From an uncultured Pseudomonadales bacterium (GTDB lineage: Bacteria; Pseudomonadota; Gammaproteobacteria; Pseudomonadales; Azotimanducaceae), in NCBI GenBank assembly GCA_964572845.1, contig CAZNFX010000002.1:49123-113122 (forward strand): a stretch of DNA of 64,000 nt, given 5' to 3'. The first letter of the stretch is position 1, and each line of letters opens with the position of its first letter. Of the stretch, positions 46,663-55,881 are shown one piece after another. Below the pieces are notes generated by a model that did no database searches, was not told the DNA's origin, and worked only from the letters and a program-made list of their open reading frames with translations. Made by a program: the position numbers and the translations under genes.

Positions 46663-47623
46663 CGTCGTGCGGACTTCCGCTTCCGGAAAGGTGGTCTTGT
46701 CCGGAGAGTATGCGGTTCTGCTGGGAGCCCCAGCCATAGTCGCAGCTGTTGATCGGTCCGCAAAATGCTCGTTGGAGACAAATTCAACTGGCAACTGGTC
46801 GATTCGCTCGCAACCTCCTTTCTGGAACGCCGATCTCACTTTGCAAGACTTGCAAGACGCCAGTCCTAGAGATAGGGTTGCCTACGCGCTTCGATGCTTG
46901 AGCCGGTTAGTCGAGTTGCCCTGCCATGCTCAACTAATCATGGACACGCGGTCGCTGTTCCACTTCGGAAAGAAAATTGGAATGGGGTCGAGCGCTGCAT
47001 CGCTCGTCTCGCTCTATGTGGCTATTTGCACCATGGGCAAAGTGGAGCACTCGCTCGACGAAGCTCTCGACCTGCATTCGAAGGTTCATGGGTCCGGTAG
47101 TGGCTTGGATGTCGCAGCTTCATATCACGGAGGCGTTATCGAGTATCGGGAGAGGCAAGTTGCACCTCTAAGTCTTCCCGATGGTTTGCATTTCAAAGTT
47201 TTCTACGCGGGAGCGAGCACCTCTACCAAGGATCGGGTGGAATCCTTCCAACGCTGGATTGCGTCCCAGCCGGAGAGTACGGCAGATAGGTTTTGCACAG
47301 CGGCGATCGGAGTCGTCGAATCAACCAAGAGCGCCGAAGGTTTTCTGGATGCGCTTCGGTACTTTGTGGGAATTCAAGAGCTTATCGACAACGGATCGGG
47401 ACTGGGAATCTGGGGTCCGCAACATCGTGCAATGAAGTCGCTGGCAAACCGAGAAGGAGTACTCTACAAGCCATCAGGTGCAGGTGGAGGCGACATAGGC
47501 TTGGCATTTTCGGTCGACAAGGAGGTTCTAGAAAGGCTTGTCGTTGACGGTGAACGCATGGGTCTCCCCGTCATTGAAACATCTTTGGTACAACAAGGCG
47601 TCACGGTCGAATCAGCGTCGTAA
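46643..47623 (+). CDS. GHMP-family kinase, phosphomevalonate kinase-like
   Basis: SGKVVLSGEYAVLLGAPAI and GMGSSAASLVSL. Start overlaps the mvaD end by 20 nt. PMK versus mevalonate kinase cannot be settled by eye. Confidence 0.7.
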   Translation: MVPTSTDVVRTSASGKVVLSGEYAVLLGAPAIVAAVDRSAKCSLETNSTGNWSIRSQPPFWNADLTLQDLQDASPRDRVAYALRCLSRLVELPCHAQLIMDTRSLFHFGKKIGMGSSAASLVSLYVAICTMGKVEHSLDEALDLHSKVHGSGSGLDVAASYHGGVIEYRERQVAPLSLPDGLHFKVFYAGASTSTKDRVESFQRWIASQPESTADRFCTAAIGVVESTKSAEGFLDALRYFVGIQELIDNGSGLGIWGPQHRAMKSLANREGVLYKPSGAGGGDIGLAFSVDKEVLERLVVDGERMGLPVIETSLVQQGVTVESAS

Positions 47624-47784
47624 TCCGACGCTACCATGTTTCTTCAACTTTGGAGCAGCGAAGCATCGTTTCAAAAGTTAGCGTCGCTGATTAGATGAAT
47701 TCACATGAATCAATTGAAGCCAAGCAAATTGCTGATTACCAGTCTTTCTCCTTTACCATCAACTAGCTGCAGAGGGATATTGGC

Positions 47785-48570
47785 ATGCGTCTAGCCACAT
47801 GGAACATCAACGGAGTTCGAGCGAGGCTGAACTTCGTCTCGCTCTGGATGAAGGAACGCGAACCGGATGTTGTAGGTTTTCAGGAACTGAAGTCCGAAGA
47901 CCAAAACTTCCCCCATGAGTTTTTTGCAGATCTTGGATACGAAGTGCACACCCACGGCCAGAAGAGCTGGAATGGCGTGGCGATTGCAGCGCGTCGGGAG
48001 CTGAACGTGGAAATACTTCAGAGAGGCTTGCCCGGTCAGGAACAGAACGGCGCAAGACTCATTACTGCGCTCCTTGACGGCATCACCTATACGTCCGTGT
48101 ATTGCCCCAACGGCAAGAATCCCGAGCATGACGACTTTCAGATGAAGCTTGAATGGTTCGACTCGCTCGGTGAATACTGGTTGAAATTGATCGAGAAATA
48201 TCCCGCATCGGCGATAGGAGGCGATTTCAACATAGTTCCCGCTCCTAGGGACTCATGGCGAGGCAAGGAAGGCGACGGCGAAATGTTCCATACGGCAAGC
48301 GAACGCGATCGATTGAGAAAGTTCGTGGACTTGAATTTGCATGATCTCTTCAGAGAGCTCAATCCCGGTTCGGCTCAGCAGAGCTGGTGGGATTATCGCG
48401 GGGGCGCGTTCGAACGCAGTCAGGGGCTTCGAATAGACATGATCTACGGTACGCCTCAGATACGCGCTCGAACCCAATCGGTCAGCATTGACCGTTCATT
48501 CAGAGAGAAGAAAGAAGACATGACGCCATCGGACCATGTGCCTGTAGTTGCTGATCTTGTCGATCTATAG
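47785..48570 (+). CDS. xthA: exodeoxyribonuclease III
   Basis: MRLATWNINGVRAR, GFQELK, GGDFNIVP and SDHVPVVADL. Confidence 0.9.
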   Translation: MRLATWNINGVRARLNFVSLWMKEREPDVVGFQELKSEDQNFPHEFFADLGYEVHTHGQKSWNGVAIAARRELNVEILQRGLPGQEQNGARLITALLDGITYTSVYCPNGKNPEHDDFQMKLEWFDSLGEYWLKLIEKYPASAIGGDFNIVPAPRDSWRGKEGDGEMFHTASERDRLRKFVDLNLHDLFRELNPGSAQQSWWDYRGGAFERSQGLRIDMIYGTPQIRARTQSVSIDRSFREKKEDMTPSDHVPVVADLVDL

Positions 48571-48619
48571 TCCGTGTGGGAGCTTGCTTTGGATCAATTC
48601 CGCCATTCCTAGGTGTAGC

Positions 48620-49624
48620 ATGAGTGCACAGATGGGCACCGATAGCACTTTGAATCCAGATCAAGCGAACCAATGTCGCTTGCATAGATTCGATTGCGCG
48701 AACTTTAGTCCCGACGGAGATTTGCTCGAGCGGCTTCTTGCGGCGTTCGATCGAGATGGGGTCATTGTTCTTGAGAATGCTCTGACTGACGACGAATCTG
48801 ACCGCATCGTTGAGGAGATGGAGCCCTTTATCGTTGCAACTCCACAAGGTTTGCACGGGTTGGAGAAGTCTCGGCGAGTGGGGGCTCTCGTCGCGAGATC
48901 GGAATCTTCACACAAAGCCATTGCCCACCCTGCTGTGCTCGCGGTTTGCGAGGCGGCGTTGGGCACTCAGTATCGCCACGGAAACGAAGTCAGCATCATT
49001 CAAAGAGAGCGTGGGCAGGGCAAGTACCCCTGGCGACTGGGGTTGACACAAATAATCGATGTGGGTCCGGGGCAGGTGCGTCAGGGATTGCATCGAGGAA
49101 ACGGACTATGGGTTCACAACTTTGCAGGACACCAGCTCGACCTGCAGATCGAGACCATGTGGGCGCTTACCGAATTTACCGAAGAGAACGGAGCCACGCA
49201 TGTAGTGCCTGGTAGCCATCGATGGCCCGATGTGACAGACAGGAACGCTGAGCGCACCATGACCTGGTACGAAAAATCCACGTTTCAAACCGCTCGAGCC
49301 ACGATGAAGAAAGGCAGCGTTCTCGTGTGGACGGGGTGGACACTGCACGGAGCTGGTGCCAACACGACCGATTCGCGCCGAGTTGGGATGAATATTGACT
49401 ACAGCTTGTCGTTTCTCTCGCAGGAGGAAAATCAATTTCTGGCGTGCCCGCCCGACATCGCACGGACGCTTTCGGACGACATGCGTCGGCTAATTGGCTA
49501 CAGTCAACCAGCCGGAGCGCTCAACTACTTTGCCGACTGCCTTCCTCCACGCTATGCACTGCGTGAAACCTACGATGTAACAGTGCCAGGTTCCCACGGC
49601 ATGAAGACATACAAGGACTTGTAG
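48620..49624 (+). CDS. PhyH-family Fe(II)/2OG enzyme with H-x-G in place of H-x-D (halogenase-like metal site)
   Basis: Family landmarks PGQVRQGLHRGNG, ENGATHVVPGSHRW and TLHGAGANTTDSRR. The carboxylate position is Gly (GGA at 49097-49099). Start taken at ATG 48620, after the xthA stop. Confidence 0.7.
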   Translation: MSAQMGTDSTLNPDQANQCRLHRFDCANFSPDGDLLERLLAAFDRDGVIVLENALTDDESDRIVEEMEPFIVATPQGLHGLEKSRRVGALVARSESSHKAIAHPAVLAVCEAALGTQYRHGNEVSIIQRERGQGKYPWRLGLTQIIDVGPGQVRQGLHRGNGLWVHNFAGHQLDLQIETMWALTEFTEENGATHVVPGSHRWPDVTDRNAERTMTWYEKSTFQTARATMKKGSVLVWTGWTLHGAGANTTDSRRVGMNIDYSLSFLSQEENQFLACPPDIARTLSDDMRRLIGYSQPAGALNYFADCLPPRYALRETYDVTVPGSHGMKTYKDL

Positions 49625-49682
49625 CGAAACTATCGGGAGAACGCGGGTCTTCCTTGCTGAGACATTGTCGACCGCAAGCTAA

Positions 49683-50753
49683 CTAGGGGCTGCACAACCC
49701 CAAATCCATCATAGTGGATCCGGTGGTCTGCAAGGTGTCCTCGATCGCACGCGTTTCAAGCCCCAAATCGTTGATGGCTTTGGTGCAATAAGCTCTTGGA
49801 CCATCGTGAATGGATCGCTTTTCAAGAAAGGCTGCCATTTCCGGCGGTCGGCCACCCACGGTCAGGTCTGGGAAAAGAGTCTGCAAGTGCTGTTGAAGCT
49901 GATCCACATTCAATTCGCCTTGCCGATCAGTTGCGGTCAGCTGATAGCGGCTTCCGGGCTGCACGTTGTCACTTTCGCACACTAACGCATGTGCTTCTGC
50001 AACGTCACGCACGTCGACGATGTTCCACAAAGCCTGCCATCCCCTCGGACAGGGTTTGCTTTCCAGCATCCGGGCCAGCGCCCACTGCCACGATCCCAGG
50101 CCCTCGTGCGCTGTGCTTAACAGAGGCCCGAGGACTACGCAAGGACAGATCGAAACCGCATCGAAGCTTGAGTCTCCAGCGGCATAGTCGTTGATGAATC
50201 GCTCAGTGTTGACTTTTGCCCACGCGTAGGCGATTCCTCCATTCGTGTCGATGCTGTCGGGGTTCCAAGAGCGGTCACGTTCACGATGAGAATCAGCCCA
50301 ATCGTCCTCGGTGTAGACGTAGCCGGAGGGTGCAGGGTGTCCAATTGCCGCAAAGGAACTGGTATAGACAAATCGTTTGACCGTACTAGCTTTGGTGGCT
50401 GAGCCAAGTACGTTCTTGATGCCCTCGACCATTCCGTCGTAACACTCTCTTGGCGTGATTTTCCCGCCATACATCATTGGCGTACCAACATGCAACACTG
50501 CACAGCACTCGGCAAACGGGTCGTCGTAGCTCCCTACTTCCAGAATGTTGCCCTTGACAACCTCGACTACTCCGGGCAGTCCCTCTTCGTTCATGGCAAG
50601 AAGGTGGTCGACCTTCTCTGGAACATTGGGATCGGTAACGCAAGCACGTACCGTGTAGCCTCGCTCCATGAATGAATGAACCGTGTGGCAACCGATGTAG
50701 CCGGCTGCGCCGGTTACCGCGACAGGACCATCAGAGCTGTTTGTTGTGGGCAT
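49683..50753 (-). CDS. NAD-dependent epimerase/dehydratase-family reductase (extended SDR)
   Basis: VTGAAGYIGCHTV Rossmann motif and YAWAK (YxxxK). Confidence 0.8.
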   Translation of the reverse strand: MPTTNSSDGPVAVTGAAGYIGCHTVHSFMERGYTVRACVTDPNVPEKVDHLLAMNEEGLPGVVEVVKGNILEVGSYDDPFAECCAVLHVGTPMMYGGKITPRECYDGMVEGIKNVLGSATKASTVKRFVYTSSFAAIGHPAPSGYVYTEDDWADSHRERDRSWNPDSIDTNGGIAYAWAKVNTERFINDYAAGDSSFDAVSICPCVVLGPLLSTAHEGLGSWQWALARMLESKPCPRGWQALWNIVDVRDVAEAHALVCESDNVQPGSRYQLTATDRQGELNVDQLQQHLQTLFPDLTVGGRPPEMAAFLEKRSIHDGPRAYCTKAINDLGLETRAIEDTLQTTGSTMMDLGLCSP

Positions 50754-51314
50754 GATTGAGACCTGGTGTTGAATGGTGAAAGGCTAAGACTTTAGCACAT
50801 GGCGATTTTACGGGGTAGGTGTGGCTAGTTGAATGGATCGTAGTGGTTTGGTTACGAAGTTGCCCTCAAACTTGCTTGGTTGGTTGTCGCTTCGATCATG
50901 ACCTCTGGAATGGAATTGGCGATTCCCTTGTCGAAGACCGAAGAATTCACGAAGTGTTGTGCGTAGACACCCTATTTGCGGTACCGATCGCCATTTGAAC
51001 TGAGTCCTGCCGCGGTTCGTGCCGTAGCCAATCGAAGTGTCAGATCTCGTTTGAACGATCGCAGTGCACAGGCCTCAATGTCGCAAATGCGTCTGTCCTA
51101 GTAGCTACAGCGAAAAACATAACCAATATCCATGATTTCCACTTCGGCAATGCTTCACGGGGAATCTAGATCAGAGTGTTACGATACAGATCGCAACCTG
51201 AAGGGAAGGACATTGGCAAGAATTTCAAAGTACAGCACTTCATAACAATTCGATTGTCGATATCTACTAGCCGTTCGGGTTGTTCGGACGGCACATGAAC
51301 AAAGGTGGGACAGC

Positions 51315-53072
51315 ATGACCAAGCATGTGTCAGAGAGCGGAAGGAGGCTGCGTTACGAGCCCGATGAAAAGCCTCCGTTCGCGCTCGCGATCGGTTTGGG
51401 TGTGCAACTCGCATTGTTGCTCGTGGCATTCCCCATATTGATTCCGACAGTGGTGATGCGGGCTGCTGGCACTACTGACGCATACCTTTCATGGGCCGTG
51501 TTCGCATCGGTCGCTGTGTGCGGTGCCACCACAGCGTTACAAGCGGTTCGTTACGGACGGATTGGCTCAGGTCATATATTGCCCCTGAGCACCTCAACGG
51601 CCTTCATTTGGCCTTGTATTGCCGCGCTAGAACGAAGCGGCCCTGGACTCGTCGTGACACTTGTGGTCATTTCTGCACTGTTACAGTTTGTGCTGTCAGC
51701 CCGAATCGTCTGGTTTCGCCGCATCCTGACGCCAACGGTTTCGGGCACTATGCTGATGCTGTTGCCGGTGAGCGCTGTCCCGGCTGTTTTCGGGATGCTG
51801 AATGAGGTTCCGGACGGCAGTCCAGGCTACGCCGCGCCACTGTGTGCAACCATCACGATTGGCGTGATTGCCGGTATCGCGCTCAAGTCCACCGGAAGCC
51901 TGCGCCTGTGGGCGCCGGTCATTGGGATTTTGTGCGGCTCGGTGATGGCTAGCATCGTCGGCCTCTACGATATTGATCGTGTCCTTGCCGCTCCGTGGAT
52001 CGGCCTTCCAAGTGTCGAGTGGCCGGGCATCGACCTTGAGTTTGGAGCCGCGTTCTGGTCGCTGTTGCCTGTATTCCTGCTGCTGACCCCGATTGTCACA
52101 TTGCGTACGATCAGTAGTTGTGTCGCCGTCCAGAGCGTCTCGTGGCGCAGGCCACGCGCCGTCGATTACCGGGAAGCGCAGGGAGCAGTGAACGTAGACG
52201 GCGTGAGCAACCTGTTATGTGGTCTTGCGGGAACGGTGCCCAATAACAGCTATTCGATCAGCGCTTCGCTCACCGAACTCACGGGCGTCGCCGCCCGCAG
52301 TGTTGGGATCGTAGCAGGCGCACTATTCCTCATCCTTGCTTTCATGCCCAAAGTGCTGGCCGTGGTCTTGGCACTGCCCGGTGCTGTCAGTGGCGGCTTT
52401 CTCACCGTATTGTTGGCGATGCTTTTCTTGATCGGCATTAAGGTCCTGCTTCAAGACGGACTCGATTATCGCAAGAGCCTAATTGCCGGAATTGCTTTTT
52501 GGATTGGTGTCGGCTTCCAGATCGACATGATATTTCCGGAGTACGTCTCAACCTTCGCTGGCGGCATGTTCGCCAACGGCGTGATCTCCGGCGGCCTGAC
52601 AGCAATCTTAATGACCCTGTTCGTGGAGTTGATCCAGCCACGCCGCAGCCGGATGGAGGCCGAGCTAGACCTTGCCGCACTCTCGAAAATCTGGGAGTTT
52701 CTCCGCGGGTTCGCCTCTCGCAACGGTTGGGATGACAGGATGACCGCCCGTCTTGAAGCGGTCGGCGAGGAGGCGTTGTTGAGTCTCTCGAGACCAGAGG
52801 AGAGCGATGCCTTAGCGGGACGGCGCTTCAGACTGGTCGCCGCCCGTGTCGAGGGCGGTGCCATGCTGGAATTCGTCGTCGCGCCGACGGGACAGAATAT
52901 TGAAGACAGGCTTGCGGTGCTCGGGGACCATGGAGACGAAACCACGATCGAACCCGAATTCTCGCTACGGCTTTTGCGGCACCTCGCGTCCTCGGTGCGA
53001 CACCAACAATACCACGACGTTGATATCGTCACTGTCCGGATTAAACCTCTTCCGGTGGAGCCAGAGACCTGA
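51315..53072 (+). CDS. NCS2/xanthine-uracil permease-family transporter with an extra C-terminal soluble domain of about 140 aa
   Basis: More than 10 hydrophobic helices with an NCS2-like layout. The hydrophilic tail runs from about 52641. Confidence 0.75.
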   Translation: MTKHVSESGRRLRYEPDEKPPFALAIGLGVQLALLLVAFPILIPTVVMRAAGTTDAYLSWAVFASVAVCGATTALQAVRYGRIGSGHILPLSTSTAFIWPCIAALERSGPGLVVTLVVISALLQFVLSARIVWFRRILTPTVSGTMLMLLPVSAVPAVFGMLNEVPDGSPGYAAPLCATITIGVIAGIALKSTGSLRLWAPVIGILCGSVMASIVGLYDIDRVLAAPWIGLPSVEWPGIDLEFGAAFWSLLPVFLLLTPIVTLRTISSCVAVQSVSWRRPRAVDYREAQGAVNVDGVSNLLCGLAGTVPNNSYSISASLTELTGVAARSVGIVAGALFLILAFMPKVLAVVLALPGAVSGGFLTVLLAMLFLIGIKVLLQDGLDYRKSLIAGIAFWIGVGFQIDMIFPEYVSTFAGGMFANGVISGGLTAILMTLFVELIQPRRSRMEAELDLAALSKIWEFLRGFASRNGWDDRMTARLEAVGEEALLSLSRPEESDALAGRRFRLVAARVEGGAMLEFVVAPTGQNIEDRLAVLGDHGDETTIEPEFSLRLLRHLASSVRHQQYHDVDIVTVRIKPLPVEPET

Positions 53073-53261
53073 TGGTGCCGGGCCTATGAGGTTGTCCCAA
53101 ACAGTCTTCGAGGTTGCTAACGTGCACTCCACCGTGTGATTGAGGAATTGCGATTAGCAGCCAGCGACGTGGGTTTCCACGAGAGTTGAACGTAGTGCTG
53201 GAAGTGCTTTGAGGTGAACGGACGCTTTAGAGGATCTCCCCTTCGTCTGATGGTCGAAATG

Positions 53262-54266
53262 TCACGGTATCAGAACCGTACTTCCAACCGTCTGCCTCGA
53301 TTCAAGCGCTTGATGGGCCGCAGCTGCGTCCGCAAGCTGAAAGCGTTGACCGATGGCTATGCGGATGCGGCCGGTCACCACGTACCCAAAAAGTGCCGCC
53401 GCGGCTTCTATCAGATCAGTTCGCTGTGCCAAGTGAGTCATTGCGGACGGGTACGTCAAATTTAGGCTCTTGTCCATGAGACGCTGCAGATTGAGCGGCA
53501 TTACTGCTCCGGAGGTGTTGCCGAAAGCAATCATCGTGCCGAAGGTGCGTAGGCACCTCAGCGAGTCATCGAATGTAGCCGCGCCGACGCCGTCAAAAAC
53601 TACCGGTACACCCTCGCCGCCCGTGATCTCTTCCACGCGTTTCACGAAGTCCTCTTCGTCATAGAGGATGACGTGGTCGCACCCGTTCTCCCGTGCCATG
53701 CGAGCCTTTGCTTCGCTGCCCACAGTACCGATGACAGTTGCGTTCAGCGCTTTGCACCACTGGGATAGGATCGTCCCCACACTGCCTGCTGCCGCATGCA
53801 CGAGCACGGGTTCGCCGGCCATTACGTGGTAGGTGCGACGACAGAGATACCACGCAGTCATGCCGCTCAACATCGCTGCCGCGGCATACTCAAAGTCGAG
53901 TCCGTTGGGAATCTGGATCAGGCGACGCGCCGGCACCACCCTGCGTTTGCAGTACGCGCCCAGCTCTGTGCAATAGCCGACTCGATCGCCGATTTGAAAG
54001 GACGAGCCTGAGTGATCGGACTCCGCATCTTCGGCCGTTGGCCCCACCGCCTCTACTACTCCCGCAGCCTCCACACCTATAACAGCTGGTAGTGAGGCCG
54101 TGGCACGAATTCCGCGTCTGCGGTAAATGTCGCCGTAGTTCAACCCGATGGCCTCTTGCCGGATCAGAACCTCACCTAGTCCGGGATCAGCTACCGGAAT
54201 TTCTTCCCAACGGAGCGTTTCTGGACCGCCCAGGTCGTGTAGGCGAATCGCGCTAGTCGTGTTCAT
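53262..54266 (-). CDS. NADPH:quinone oxidoreductase (zinc-independent MDR family)
   Basis: GLNYGDIY, GVEAAGVV and VHAAAGSVG motifs. Confidence 0.85.
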   Translation of the reverse strand: MNTTSAIRLHDLGGPETLRWEEIPVADPGLGEVLIRQEAIGLNYGDIYRRRGIRATASLPAVIGVEAAGVVEAVGPTAEDAESDHSGSSFQIGDRVGYCTELGAYCKRRVVPARRLIQIPNGLDFEYAAAAMLSGMTAWYLCRRTYHVMAGEPVLVHAAAGSVGTILSQWCKALNATVIGTVGSEAKARMARENGCDHVILYDEEDFVKRVEEITGGEGVPVVFDGVGAATFDDSLRCLRTFGTMIAFGNTSGAVMPLNLQRLMDKSLNLTYPSAMTHLAQRTDLIEAAAALFGYVVTGRIRIAIGQRFQLADAAAAHQALESRQTVGSTVLIP

Positions 54267-54653
54267 TTCAATTCTCCCTTTGCAGAATTCCCATGCATTC
54301 GACGAATAATTTCTCGTTGATCCTCTTCGATGTTCTGGCCGGCTTGATCCGCGGGTAGCCCGGTGATACTGAATTGCTCAGCATCTTTACAACGTCAGAC
54401 GATTTATTCCAAGCCGCCGACCGGCCTGGTGATGGATCGTCCCTCCGCGACGGAACCCGGAGCATAAATACCGTCGCTGACAATATACTCATCCAGTCCT
54501 ATCGACTACCTTGAAAAGCCGGACGTTACCACGGAAAATCGTGTCTACCAAAGAATAACTTCATGCACGCTTTGACGGGTCCTTTGGCAGAGAAGACGGG
54601 AACAGCGCAGGAGTCCGCGAAGCTCAATGCCAATCGACAAAGGGGGTTTTCAA

Positions 54654-55823
54654 ATGAATGCAAGAGGAAGTTTAACAATTGCGACTCTGTTGATAGTTGT
54701 TGCCTTGCCCATTGGGCTTTCGAGTTGCGATAAGGCCGTTACAGAAATATCCAGTGACGAAGCGCTTCCGATTGTAGGAAAAGAAATTCACATAGGCGTA
54801 GTCGTAGCTCTGACAGGTCACCACGCCGAACCCTATGGACTTCCAATGCAACGTGGCTTTGAGTTGGCACGAGAAGAGATCAACAACCTTGGCGAACTAA
54901 AGCTCGCGTTTGTAACCGAGGATGATAAGAGCACCGCGGACGGAGCGAAGGCTGCCGTTCAGCGCTTAGTGAATCAAGAGGTACCCGCCATTGTCGGGCT
55001 TGCTATTTCGACGCACCTGAAGGAGGCCGCTCCCATTGCGAATGAGAATGAAGTCATTGCGTTCAGTTCCGTTTCCTCCGCTGAAGGATTGAGTGCGATA
55101 GGGGGTTTTGTCTTCCGCAGCAGCCTCGCTACCAATATAAGCATTCCTAGCGGCGTAATGGCGACAAGAGAGTTACTCGCCTATGAAAAAGTCGCAACGA
55201 TATACGACAGGATTGATGTGTACTCCAGAAGTAGCAATGACGTCTTGAGGGAAGTGCTTAAGGCAAATCAGGTCGAGATTCTGATTGAAGAAGCTTTCGA
55301 AACTGGTGATACGGACTTCTCTCAACAGTTGTCGCGTATAGCGGCGATGAGGCCCGACGCACTGTTTATTTCGGCACTTTCACAGGAAATAGCTGGGATT
55401 CTCTCGAATACTGGCAAGCTAGACTTTCCTGATTCCATTCAGGTAATAGCTCCGGATTTAACCATGACCGAAGTTCAAGCGGCGGGTGGTGGAGCCGAAG
55501 GAACAATAGGTTTTATTGGTTGGTCCGAAAGGTCGAACGCCCCTGGAAACCAAGCCTTTGTACGGAACTACCGTGCCAAATACGGCATTGATCCTGAACC
55601 GTGGGCAGCACAATCGTATGCGACTCTTCGCGTTCTAGCTAATGCGATCATGACTGCAAGATCTTCGGACCCGATTGCCATCCGTGACACACTCGCGCAG
55701 ACTAAGGATTTTCCAACGATTTTGGGCAGGTTAGGCTCTTACTCCTTTAATCTTGAAGGTGACGCTCTCTATGACCAGATTTTGGTGGTCGTCAAGGACG
55801 GAAAGTTAGAGTTTCTTGAATGA
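54654..55823 (+). CDS. periplasmic binding lipoprotein, LivJ/Peripla_BP_6-like (orphan)
   Basis: Lipobox LSSC after the signal peptide. GVVVALTGH, VGLAISTH and FSQQLSRI patterns. Start at the ATG after AGGGGG. Confidence 0.75.
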   Translation: MNARGSLTIATLLIVVALPIGLSSCDKAVTEISSDEALPIVGKEIHIGVVVALTGHHAEPYGLPMQRGFELAREEINNLGELKLAFVTEDDKSTADGAKAAVQRLVNQEVPAIVGLAISTHLKEAAPIANENEVIAFSSVSSAEGLSAIGGFVFRSSLATNISIPSGVMATRELLAYEKVATIYDRIDVYSRSSNDVLREVLKANQVEILIEEAFETGDTDFSQQLSRIAAMRPDALFISALSQEIAGILSNTGKLDFPDSIQVIAPDLTMTEVQAAGGGAEGTIGFIGWSERSNAPGNQAFVRNYRAKYGIDPEPWAAQSYATLRVLANAIMTARSSDPIAIRDTLAQTKDFPTILGRLGSYSFNLEGDALYDQILVVVKDGKLEFLE

Positions 55824-55881
55824 TGCGTGTTTGTTAACGTATTGTTGCCCGACTTCCGCAATTCGACTCCTGCGGTGTCTG

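Noticed and set aside
50754-51314. The 560-bp spacer upstream of the NCS2 permease was inspected for a purine riboswitch or other known leader.
   Set aside because: None of the conserved purine-riboswitch core strings I know is present, and I saw no convincing multi-stem junction by eye. An Rfam scan is needed for certainty.
54268-54492. Listed 74-aa ORF abutting the quinone oxidoreductase start. Also a second frame reading ...DEYIVSDGIYAPGSVAEGRSITRPVGGLE*.
   Set aside because: Both are short and lack credible starts, and the 74-aa ORF's end merely contains the qor Shine-Dalgarno (AGGGAGA). I treat the region as 5' UTR, promoter or decayed sequence.
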